Shown here in pieces: positions 54,927 through 64,000 of a stretch of 64,000 nucleotides of DNA. Origin of the DNA: an uncultured Planctomycetia bacterium (lineage in GTDB: Bacteria; Omnitrophota; Gorgyraeia; Duberdicusellales; Duberdicusellaceae); the NCBI GenBank assembly GCA_964634935.1, contig CAZWJT010000002.1, forward strand, positions 202,643-266,642, read 5' to 3'. A program made the translations under genes and the position numbers. The notes beneath the pieces are model-generated. The model ran no database searches. It saw only the letters and a program-made list of their open reading frames with translations, and was not told the origin of the DNA. Position 1 is the stretch's first letter. Each line of letters begins with the position of its first letter.

Positions 54927-56831
54927 TTGCGGGAACGTTTCCTAATGAAGCGAACTGACAACATCCTCATTCTCCTTCTACTTTTCGCCGGAATCATCAA
55001 CTTTTCATGGGGATTGCAGGGAAAATTTGTTTATGACGACCTTCCGTTTATTGTCGAAAACAGCGCGATTAAAAATCTCTCAAATATTCCATCATTTTTC
55101 ACATCCCGATTTTCCATGTCCCCTGAAGGACGGCACAGCATCTTTAGGCCTTTGCGCACCCTTTCTTTTGCCATTGATTATGCTCTTTGGGGACTTAATC
55201 CTTTCGGATATCATTTGACAAATCTGATTCTTCATACGGTCAATGGAATCTTGTTTTTCTTCCTGCTGAAGAAAATACTCAAGCATATCAAAAATATTCA
55301 CACCCGTTTTATTCCCTTCATTGGAGCATTTATTTTTCTTGCGCACCCAATCCAGTCAGAACCAGTCTTTTGGATTTCAGCCAGAGCAGACTTACTCTGT
55401 GGATTATTTTCTTTTCTCGGATTACTCTTTTATATAGGGCCAGAACATTCTCAGCCAAAATCGATCAATCAAGGGCTAAGTTTACTCTTTTACCTCTGCG
55501 GTTTACTGTCCAAGGAAACAACCGCCATACTTATCTTCGTCTTCATCCTTTACGATCAGATATCCGGGCGAAAAAGAAATTTTTTATTTTATGCCGCCTG
55601 CGCAACAGCGCTCTGTGGATTTGTACTTCTGCGACATATGGCTTTAGGAGAACTTTTACCTCCCGAAATGCGTCCGGTTTTTCTCTTTAAAAAAATTTAT
55701 ATCTGGGTTTTTACCTTCGGCCTAGCCCTGCAAAAGCTCTTAATCCCCTTGAATCTCTCTGCTGATTATGCATTTCAAAAACCAATCCCTGGTTGGATTG
55801 TCTTCCTTTGTTTCCTGGCATTTAGCAGTTGTATTTTTTGGATTATACACCGCATAAAAATCAGAGGGGCTCTCGACGTTTTCTTTCTTGCCTGGTTTCT
55901 TCTTACTTTTCTACCGTCTCTCGGACTTCCCATAACCAGAGGCTTCTTTGCCGAACGCTTTCTTTATATCGGAGCAGGATGTATTGCATTCTTTGCCGCA
56001 ATTTGTTTTTGGCGTATCCTGGAGCCGATGAACCAAAAACAAGTTCGAAATAAAATCGCGGCATTACTCTTGGTGTTTCTGGCGCTTGGCTTTCTCTATA
56101 AGAACGTCGAGCGGGCAAAAGTATGGAAAAATTCTTTAGCGCTTTGGGAAGATACGGTAAGAAAATCTCCAGAAAATTACCGGGCTTATTTAAATCTTGG
56201 GGCAGAATATCAAATGCAAAATAAATTGCCAAAAGCGCTTGAACTTTTCCATCGAGCGTACGAAATTGAACCATCATCGTTTCAAGCAACTAATAATCTA
56301 GGAACGGCTTATGGGGCACTAGGAAAATATGAAGAATCGGAATATTTTCTCAGAAAATCACTCCAGCTTGAACCGGGAAACCTTTCAGCAGTTTCCAACC
56401 TTGGATACCTTTATTTTCTCAATGAACGCTATACCGAATCAGAAACTGCCTATCTGGCCTGTATTCGCATGGCTCCAACAGCACCAGGCTGCTGGACCGG
56501 TTTAAACGAAGTCTATAAACATATCTACAGCCCTGACAGCCAAAACGAAAAGCTTTTACAGCTTGAACACCAATATCCAAATAGCTATGTTGTGCTCTAT
56601 CTGCGCGGGGATTATGCGCGGAGGACAAAAAATCCCGAACAAGCACTCCAATGCCTTACCGCATCGGAAAAGTTAAATCCATATTTTGCCGAAACACTTC
56701 TTGCCTTGGCGTATCTCTATGCCGAGAAAAACGATAAATTGCAAGCAACGAATTATTTACAAAAATTCCTAAAACTAAGACCCGGATCGCCACAAGCATA
56801 CGAAATACTGAAACTGCTTGAAAAAATATAA
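54927..56831 (+). CDS. polytopic membrane protein (GT-C / PMT-like N-terminal module) with C-terminal TPR repeats
   Basis: About 370 aa of TM region with an FVYDDLPF acidic loop motif and RPLRTLSFAIDYALWG, then about 6 TPRs. Confidence 0.5.
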   Translation: MRERFLMKRTDNILILLLLFAGIINFSWGLQGKFVYDDLPFIVENSAIKNLSNIPSFFTSRFSMSPEGRHSIFRPLRTLSFAIDYALWGLNPFGYHLTNLILHTVNGILFFFLLKKILKHIKNIHTRFIPFIGAFIFLAHPIQSEPVFWISARADLLCGLFSFLGLLFYIGPEHSQPKSINQGLSLLFYLCGLLSKETTAILIFVFILYDQISGRKRNFLFYAACATALCGFVLLRHMALGELLPPEMRPVFLFKKIYIWVFTFGLALQKLLIPLNLSADYAFQKPIPGWIVFLCFLAFSSCIFWIIHRIKIRGALDVFFLAWFLLTFLPSLGLPITRGFFAERFLYIGAGCIAFFAAICFWRILEPMNQKQVRNKIAALLLVFLALGFLYKNVERAKVWKNSLALWEDTVRKSPENYRAYLNLGAEYQMQNKLPKALELFHRAYEIEPSSFQATNNLGTAYGALGKYEESEYFLRKSLQLEPGNLSAVSNLGYLYFLNERYTESETAYLACIRMAPTAPGCWTGLNEVYKHIYSPDSQNEKLLQLEHQYPNSYVVLYLRGDYARRTKNPEQALQCLTASEKLNPYFAETLLALAYLYAEKNDKLQATNYLQKFLKLRPGSPQAYEILKLLEKI

Positions 56832-56852
56832 ACTACTGCGTCGCTTGAAAAT

Positions 56853-58166
56853 TCAACGATCGAATTTCTGGTTTAACGCCCGCACTTCATTTTTCAGCTT
56901 AAAAAATTCTCCCCATCGTTCGACGGGATAAAAAGGAAAAAGAGAATTATTCTGGAAAAGCGGCTCATCAATGTCATAGCAGGCCTGTCTACGCAACTCA
57001 TCAAAATATCGTGTGCCGTTGATCGGGGAAAACTCAGAAAGCGAAACGCGCGCTCCGTAATTATGAAGCGTAAAAATATCAGCCCTCAGTTTTTCAAAAT
57101 TCTGCCCCGGCCAGCCGAAAAGAAGATAGACCGTAAACTCTCCATTCTTATAGCCAGATCTTTTAAGGAAATCGAGAGCCCGAAAAGGCTCATGAACGCG
57201 AAACTTTTGCTGCCAAATGCCATCGAGTGAATCAGTTAATGTCTCAATGCTGAGGTGCGGGTTAATAAAGCCTGCCTGCTTCATAAGTTTGGTAATATCT
57301 GAGTCGAGAAAATGAACATGCAGCCCGTTCGGGGTATGAAATTGCACTTTGATCCCCAAGCGCAAAATTCGCTCAAGAAGTTCCTTGATGTATTCAACCT
57401 GAAAAAGCAGCGCATCATCGTAAAACGTAAAATTACGCACACCCCGCTGGTAATAAAAATTGAGATACTCAAGAATGCGCTCCTGAGCGATACGAAAAAA
57501 ATCCAGTTCGATGTTGTGTATACCGCAATACGCACACTCAAATGGACATCCATAGCTTGTTCGGAAAACCACATAGGGAATTTTTCGATAAAAACTTGTG
57601 TAATCCGGCAAGGTCTCGCGGAATTCTTGTTTGCGAAATGGAATGTTCAGTTGCGCAAAAAAAACATCGAGATTGAAACTGCTAACTATCCGGCATTCAG
57701 GAAAAATCACCTGAGCATGCCGAGAACACAAATTCACGTAGGTTCCTCCCAGAAAGATAAACGGCGCACTGATCTCGTGTTCATTGAGCAAATTGAGAAG
57801 ATACCGAACACCTTGATACCAATATGTCATCCCCGAGGTGACCAGAATTGCATCGTACTTTTTCCGGGTAATTTTATTAAAAAAATCTTTTTCTTTCATA
57901 CCGTATTTTTTATAGCGCCGGGGTATTTTACATAAAATATCCGGGGCTTTGATAGTTTCGCTGTAGAACTTCCCACAACCATAGTGGTTAGAAGAAGGAG
58001 AGTAGGAGAAAACCGAGGGATCCGCACGATCAAGACAATCAACCCAGTCAATGTTGTTGCCTTTTGCCCGCAGATAGGTAATTAACTGCAGAAAGCCGTA
58101 CGGTTTTAGCCAAAAATCATAAGCGGCAAAATCAAAAATCCAGGGATTTATCGCAAGTATTTTCAT
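56853..58166 (-). CDS. B12-binding-domain radical SAM protein
   Basis: N-terminal Rossmann-like B12-binding-type module followed by the CxxxCxxC radical SAM motif (GCPFECAYCGI). 437 aa. Confidence 0.6.
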   Translation of the reverse strand: MKILAINPWIFDFAAYDFWLKPYGFLQLITYLRAKGNNIDWVDCLDRADPSVFSYSPSSNHYGCGKFYSETIKAPDILCKIPRRYKKYGMKEKDFFNKITRKKYDAILVTSGMTYWYQGVRYLLNLLNEHEISAPFIFLGGTYVNLCSRHAQVIFPECRIVSSFNLDVFFAQLNIPFRKQEFRETLPDYTSFYRKIPYVVFRTSYGCPFECAYCGIHNIELDFFRIAQERILEYLNFYYQRGVRNFTFYDDALLFQVEYIKELLERILRLGIKVQFHTPNGLHVHFLDSDITKLMKQAGFINPHLSIETLTDSLDGIWQQKFRVHEPFRALDFLKRSGYKNGEFTVYLLFGWPGQNFEKLRADIFTLHNYGARVSLSEFSPINGTRYFDELRRQACYDIDEPLFQNNSLFPFYPVERWGEFFKLKNEVRALNQKFDR

Positions 58167-58304
58167 CTGCTGGGTATTATATGCTCCCCCAAAATCGGCG
58201 CAATATCTTTCTCAGTTTCATTAATAAAATGCCTAATTTCTTCCTTGACAAAGCGATTCTTTTATGCGATACTCTTGCCTAATTTACACAAAAACGGAGA
58301 AACC

Positions 58305-58760
58305 ATGAAAATTTCAAATTTCTTAAAAACAGACCGTATTATTCTCGATTTGAAAACGAAATCAAAAGAAGAAACTATCCGTTATCTTGCCCGCCTTGCT
58401 GAAAACGCCCCGGAGATACAAAACCACGAAAAGTTTGTCAGTGATATTTTTGAACGAGAGAACCTCGGTACTACTGGAATAGGATTCCACCTCGCTCTCC
58501 CGCATGCCAGAACAGACGCAGTAAGTTCTTTCGTTATTGTTGTCGGTTACTCAAAAGATGGAATAGATTTCAGCTCCTTAGATGGAGAATTGGTCAACCT
58601 TGTATTTCTCATGGGTACCCCCAAAAATGAAGTTCAGAATTATCTGGGAATTCTCGCGCATCTGACACGGATTCTGAAAAAAGAAAATTTCAGGAAAAGC
58701 CTGTTTTCTGCTGAAAGTCCCGAACAATTCATCGAATATTTTAGCCAAGAAGAACAATAA
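58305..58760 (+). CDS. ptsN: PTS EIIA(Ntr)-type protein, nitrogen-regulatory IIA
   Basis: GIGFHLALPHAR active-site His context. No other PTS components are nearby. Confidence 0.65.
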   Translation: MKISNFLKTDRIILDLKTKSKEETIRYLARLAENAPEIQNHEKFVSDIFERENLGTTGIGFHLALPHARTDAVSSFVIVVGYSKDGIDFSSLDGELVNLVFLMGTPKNEVQNYLGILAHLTRILKKENFRKSLFSAESPEQFIEYFSQEEQ

Positions 58761-58786
58761 CAAAACTGAGATGTAAGGAAGGACCT

Positions 58787-59014
58787 ATGAGTAAACGATG
58801 TGAAATCTGTCAAAAACGCGAACTCACTGGAAACAGCATACGCCGCAGAGGAAAAGCAAAAAAAGAAGGCGGAGTTGGAAAGAAAATTACCAGCACAACC
58901 CGAAGAATCTTTAAGCCAAATCTTCAGCGTATCACTGCTCGCATTGACGGAAAACCAGAAAAAATCTGGATTTGCACCCGCTGCTTGAAAAAGAATAAAG
59001 TAACTAAGGCATAA
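58787..59014 (+). CDS. rpmB: 50S ribosomal protein L28 (zinc form)
   Basis: MSKRCEICQKR...WICTRC. 75 aa. Confidence 0.85.
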   Translation: MSKRCEICQKRELTGNSIRRRGKAKKEGGVGKKITSTTRRIFKPNLQRITARIDGKPEKIWICTRCLKKNKVTKA

Positions 59015-59028
59015 CGCTGCCTCTCGCC

Positions 59029-59748
59029 ATGAGGCTGAATGCTTACCTGCGCAGATGCGGAATATCTTCCCGGCGTAGCGCTAATGAACTCATTCAAGCC
59101 GGCAAAGTGACCGTCAATGGCTCTGTGGTTACTGCGTTTTCGTATCTTGTACAGCCCTCTGATATCGTTCTCCTCGAAGGAAAACCGCTTCACCCAAAAA
59201 CCTACACCTACCTCGCCCTGAATAAACCAAAAGGAGTAACCTGTACAACGAAAGACAAGTTCGCTGAAAAAACCATTGTTGAACTTCTCCCTGCGAAGTT
59301 TTCACACCTTTATCCTGTCGGGCGTCTCGATAAGGATACAACCGGGCTTATTTTTCTCACCAATGATGGATCATTCTGCAACACGATAACTCATCCACGT
59401 TTTCAAGTCGAAAAAGAATATATTGTTACGCTGAATGCCTCCCCAAAACCGGATGAACTCAGGAAAGCACTCCGCGGAATAACTCAATCAGGAGAATTTC
59501 TGCGTATCCTGCGTCTGATACCACGCAATCCACCTCGAACTACTTTTTCAGTGATCATTCAGGAAGGGAAAAAAAGAGAAATACGCAGAATTTTCAATGC
59601 TCTCGGCTATGAAGTAATTTTTTTAAAGCGTATCCGCATCGGCAATTTCTATTTAGGCAATCTCCGGAGTGGAGAATGGAGGATGATCTCTCCAGGAGAC
59701 ATAAAAAGAATTGTCGCGCTCCGGCATGTTCCTCAGAAAAAAGCGTAA
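59029..59748 (+). CDS. rRNA pseudouridine synthase, RsuA/RluB family
   Basis: N-terminal S4 domain and the catalytic VGRLDKDTTGL motif. Confidence 0.8.
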   Translation: MRLNAYLRRCGISSRRSANELIQAGKVTVNGSVVTAFSYLVQPSDIVLLEGKPLHPKTYTYLALNKPKGVTCTTKDKFAEKTIVELLPAKFSHLYPVGRLDKDTTGLIFLTNDGSFCNTITHPRFQVEKEYIVTLNASPKPDELRKALRGITQSGEFLRILRLIPRNPPRTTFSVIIQEGKKREIRRIFNALGYEVIFLKRIRIGNFYLGNLRSGEWRMISPGDIKRIVALRHVPQKKA

Positions 59749-59809
59749 GACAATAGTCCTTGACACGCAAGTTTTTTGCAATAGCATAGATAAAAACACT
59801 GCTTGCAGT

Positions 59810-61270
59810 ATGAATCAATGGACAAATTCACGCGCCCAAGGAATTAAGCGTTATCTCACTCAAGAAAAACGGCGTGATTTTATCGCTGACGCGAAAATCG
59901 AGGCAAATCTTGAGCAGAATATCCGGATAAATCCGGGGCGGATACGAGATATTATTCAAAAAGCAAAAGCGCTAACTCCTTTAGCTATTCCGGAAGCTGC
60001 CGCCTTAATGAATGTCCGCTCCCCGAAACTTTGGGAAGAAATATTTGACGCTGCATCATTTATCAAAAAACAAGTTTACGGAGCACGCATCGTTTTATTT
60101 GCACCACTCTATATTTCAAGTCTCTGTGTCAATAACTGCGCGTACTGCGGTTTCCGCTCTTCAAACCAAAAAGTGACAAAATACACCTTGGCTCAAGATG
60201 AACTGGAATCAGAAATTTACGCACTCCTCAAGGCTGGACATAAACGGCTCATTATTGTCTTTGGCGAGAACCCCCAAGCAAATGCCCAATTCATTGCCAG
60301 CACAGTCAAAACCATATACCGCGTAAACGACGGAAAGAACCGAATTCGTCGAGTCAATATCAACGCTCCGCCGCTGTTTACCAATGAATACAAAATAGTT
60401 CACAAAGCAGGCATCGGAACATACCAGATTTTTCAAGAAACGTACCACCGGAAAACCTACGAAATGCTCCATCCAAAAAACACACTGAAAGGATACTATC
60501 TGTGGCGGCTTTTTTCTTTACACCGGGCGCAAGAAGCCGGCATTGACGATGTGGGCATCGGAGCATTGTTTGGACTCTATGATTGGCGATATGAGGTGCT
60601 GGGATTGATTGCGCATGCACATGACTTAAAAAAAGAATTCGGGGCAGGAAGTCATACTATTTCATTTCCGCGCCTCAATCCAGCCCTGGGGACACCGCTC
60701 ACGAAACATATTCCCTGGCAGGTTTCTGACTCAACCTTAGAAAAAATTATCGCGATACTCAGGCTCTCAGTCCCTTACACCGGACTTATTCTTACCGCAA
60801 GAGAAAAACCAAATCTCCGTAGAAAACTCATCCATATTGGAGTTTCTCAAGTTGATGCAGGTTCAAGAATCGCAATCGGAGGATACAGCCATACCGACAA
60901 AACCCACATGCTTGATCGTCAGCAGTTTCAACTGGGTGATACCCGCTCCCTTGATTCTTTTATCTATGAGCTACTTTGCGATGGATATATTCCTTCATTT
61001 TGCACAGCCGATTATCGTCAGGGAAGAACGGGTTGCGAATTCATGTCATATGCGGAGGGGGGATTGATCAAAAACTTCTGCTTACCGAATGCGATTCTTA
61101 CCTTTCAGGAATATCTCCTTGATTACGCATCAGCAAAAACCAAAAAGAAAGGACAACAAGCAATAAATAACTTTCTCGGCATCCTCAGGAATAATAATGT
61201 GCCGATGGCTAAAAAAGTCGAGGAGTATCTACAAGAACTCAAACAGGGTAAGCGGGATATTTATATTTAA
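59810..61270 (+). CDS. radical SAM enzyme of the ThiH/HydG (BATS-domain) family with a HydG-like C-terminal extension
   Basis: CVNNCAYCGF CxxxCxxC motif. 487 aa, longer than ThiH. The C-terminus SFCTADYRQGRTGCEF...NFC aligns with the HydG CX2CX22C region but with Asp replacing the second Cys. This alignment is from memory. Confidence 0.55.
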   Translation: MNQWTNSRAQGIKRYLTQEKRRDFIADAKIEANLEQNIRINPGRIRDIIQKAKALTPLAIPEAAALMNVRSPKLWEEIFDAASFIKKQVYGARIVLFAPLYISSLCVNNCAYCGFRSSNQKVTKYTLAQDELESEIYALLKAGHKRLIIVFGENPQANAQFIASTVKTIYRVNDGKNRIRRVNINAPPLFTNEYKIVHKAGIGTYQIFQETYHRKTYEMLHPKNTLKGYYLWRLFSLHRAQEAGIDDVGIGALFGLYDWRYEVLGLIAHAHDLKKEFGAGSHTISFPRLNPALGTPLTKHIPWQVSDSTLEKIIAILRLSVPYTGLILTAREKPNLRRKLIHIGVSQVDAGSRIAIGGYSHTDKTHMLDRQQFQLGDTRSLDSFIYELLCDGYIPSFCTADYRQGRTGCEFMSYAEGGLIKNFCLPNAILTFQEYLLDYASAKTKKKGQQAINNFLGILRNNNVPMAKKVEEYLQELKQGKRDIYI

Positions 61271-61529
61271 AGCGATGAAGGCGCAACAGAAAATAAATAA
61301 ACATCTTCGAAAGCTCATAAAAAAAATCTATGCAACATATTCACCAGAAAGGATTTATCTTGCTGAAAAAATCGGAAAACGGATTTCATACCGTACTGGA
61401 CGCGGAATTCTTTCTACCGCCGCGCCAAAATGTATCAAAATTAGCCCAACTCTTTATGTATATGTTTCAGGGGCTCGGGATTCGACAGAAAAAATGATGA
61501 GGCGTGATATTAAAAAATTTATGCAAGGA

Positions 61530-62876
61530 ATGGACATGTTCCAAATACAACCCCTGCAAGCATTCAAAGCAAAAATCCAGATACCCCCGGATAAATCAAT
61601 CAGCCATCGAAGCATACTCATTGCCGCCATTGCATCAGGAACGATCAAAATCAAGAATTTTCTCGCCTGCGATGACACTGAGGCAACTGTTTCTGCATTA
61701 CGTGTTTTGGGTACAAAGATCAACTGGAACAAAAAACACCGTTGCATTACCGTATACGGCAGAGGAAAATACTTTGCCGCAAAAAATCCCCATCTTTGGG
61801 TAAATCAATCCGGAACAACATTCCGCCTCATCGCGGGAATCTTAGCTGGGCAGAAATCTTCCTCCGTACTTACTGCTGATGCGGCACTGATGAAACGACC
61901 GATGAAACGCATCATTGAACCGCTTACGCGCATGCATGCACGAGTTTATGGCAGAAAAAACGGAAGTGAAGAATACCCTCCGTTACATTTTAAACCCGCT
62001 CCAGCTTTGTGCGGAATTAGTTACCGTCTCCCAGTTGCAAGCGCTCAAGTAAAATCAGCGATTCTTCTGGCGGGTCTCTATGCTCAAAAGACAACTTCCG
62101 TGATCGAACCTATACAAACCAGAGATCATACTGAGCGCATGCTTCGATTATATAGAGTCCGCGTTGACAAGAAAAACAACCGGATTACCCTGCATCCCGG
62201 AGTATTATGTGCTCCAACGAAACCAATACTCATACCTGCTGATTTTTCTTCGGCAGCGTTCTTTATTGCCCTAGGAATCTTACTCAAAAAAGCGTGCGTG
62301 ATACTCCCCGGAATAAATATTAACCCAACACGCATTGGCTTGTTAAAAGTTCTCCGACGTATGAATGCAAAAATTACCTTAAAACATATTTCTCATTCTC
62401 ATTTTGAGCCGCACGCAACAATTATCGCCAGAACATCTCATCTAAAGGGAACTACGGTACAGAAAAAAGAAATTCCCTCATTGATTGATGAACTGCCAAT
62501 TCTTGGAGTCATCGCCTGTTTTGCTAAAGGCGTAACGAAAATTTGCGGAATACAAGAGTTGCGCGTCAAAGAGACGGACCGAATCAAAGCGCTCAAACAC
62601 CTTGTCGAAACAATCGGAGGAGAATTTTCCCTCAAAGAATATTCCAGCCCCAGCGGGCAGAAAAATATCTGTATCCAAATTACACCGAAAAACTCGGCTC
62701 CGACCCGTGTCTGTTTTCGAAGTTTTTCCGATCACAGAATTGCCATGAGTGCAATCGTTGCCGGAATGGTTCTTCCGCGGGGAGCAATACTCAACGAGAC
62801 AAAATCAATCAACAAATCCTTCCCTGAATTCCTGAAACTCATAAAACAACTATCCGCAAAAAATCATAAAAAATAA
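61530..62876 (+). CDS. aroA: 3-phosphoshikimate 1-carboxyvinyltransferase (EPSP synthase). An in-frame, stop-free extension runs upstream to 61275.
   Basis: MFQIQPLQAFKAKIQIPPDKSISHRSILIAAIASG aligns with the AroA N-terminus (LPGSKSVSNR). The core is 449 aa. Confidence 0.85.
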   Translation: MDMFQIQPLQAFKAKIQIPPDKSISHRSILIAAIASGTIKIKNFLACDDTEATVSALRVLGTKINWNKKHRCITVYGRGKYFAAKNPHLWVNQSGTTFRLIAGILAGQKSSSVLTADAALMKRPMKRIIEPLTRMHARVYGRKNGSEEYPPLHFKPAPALCGISYRLPVASAQVKSAILLAGLYAQKTTSVIEPIQTRDHTERMLRLYRVRVDKKNNRITLHPGVLCAPTKPILIPADFSSAAFFIALGILLKKACVILPGININPTRIGLLKVLRRMNAKITLKHISHSHFEPHATIIARTSHLKGTTVQKKEIPSLIDELPILGVIACFAKGVTKICGIQELRVKETDRIKALKHLVETIGGEFSLKEYSSPSGQKNICIQITPKNSAPTRVCFRSFSDHRIAMSAIVAGMVLPRGAILNETKSINKSFPEFLKLIKQLSAKNHKK

Positions 62877-62883
62877 CCTTAAT

Positions 62884-62900
62884 TTCCTGAGTTTCAGGAA
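62884..62900 (+). terminator. short perfect hairpin just after the aroA stop; possible weak terminator or processing site
   Basis: TTCCTGA-GTT-TCAGGAA, a 7-bp stem with a 3-nt loop. It is AT-rich and no clear U-tract follows. Confidence 0.25.
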
Positions 62901-62924
62901 TTACAAAAAACTTTGAAAAATCTG

Positions 62925-62953
62925 TTGACAAAAACTTTTTTTGCGGTATAAAT
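62925..62953 (+). promoter_or_regulatory. candidate rRNA operon promoter
   Basis: -35 TTGACA (62925-30), 16-nt spacer, -10 TATAAA/ATAAAT. It lies about 100 nt upstream of the 16S 5' end in an AT-rich, UP-like context. Confidence 0.4.
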
Positions 62954-63054
62954 GATATACTTTTCTCTATTCACAAAATTGGTAAATAATATCTTTTCCG
63001 GTAACCTAGTAAAATAGGAAGGAAAGATTTTTATTTCGTTCTTTGATTAAAATG

Positions 63055-64000
<946 letters not shown>

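Noticed and set aside
57312-57935. 207-aa + strand ORF inside the minus-strand radical SAM gene
   Set aside because: It is nested antisense to a gene that has clear radical SAM motifs. It shows no recognisable domain and no start-site signals.
61271-61529. T-box or other riboswitch leader ahead of aroA
   Set aside because: No T-box specifier or antiterminator consensus or riboswitch core motifs were recognised. The region is instead fully open in the aroA frame, so a coding extension is the better explanation.

Overview
This is a gene-dense, AT-rich bacterial window, almost entirely + strand, from a compact genome where many genes overlap or are spaced by under 20 nt. The lineage is probably uncultivated: the 16S rRNA diverges at the universal 341-357 site and the proteins are divergent. 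I cannot assign a phylum from memory. Gene order, with tRNA, rRNA and key ORF coordinates read directly from the sequence and the ORF track: valS (3' part); nadC; two structured 41-nt direct repeats; tRNA-Pro; cutA-acyP-metallophosphoesterase; ligA; a lipoprotein; an MBL hydrolase; pilMNOPQ; tRNA-Thr, rpmG, tRNA-Trp; secE-nusG-rplKAJL-rpoBC; rpsL-rpsG-fusA-tuf; and the complete S10-spc-alpha ribosomal block. That block uses a zinc-type S14 and a zinc-ribbon L24 and has no L30. It ends with rplQ overlapping the next gene. The accessory part begins there. It contains a LeuC/LeuD-type aconitase-family dehydratase whose two subunit genes are split by pilT. This is followed by an ICDH/HICDH-type dehydrogenase, a malate dehydrogenase, a short Lpd-like E3 and an 81-aa stand-alone lipoyl domain. 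Next is an envelope/signalling locus: a GT-C-like polytopic membrane protein, YqeY, a secreted TPR-SpoIID fusion, a degenerate histidine kinase, a REC-GGDEF(GGDDF)-MshEN response regulator and a second GT-C-like membrane protein with TPRs. After that come a convergent B12-radical-SAM gene, ptsN, rpmB, rluB-like, a HydG/ThiH-family radical SAM with a variant C-terminal cysteine motif, and aroA with a 110-codon in-frame upstream extension. A strong promoter precedes the 5' ~945 nt of 16S rRNA. No mobile elements, integrases, cas genes or inteins were seen. The candidates most worth follow-up are the REC-GGDEF-MshEN signalling pair inside the glycosyltransferase/SpoIID locus, and the LeuCD-pilT-ICDH-MDH-Lpd-lipoyl cluster appended to the alpha operon.
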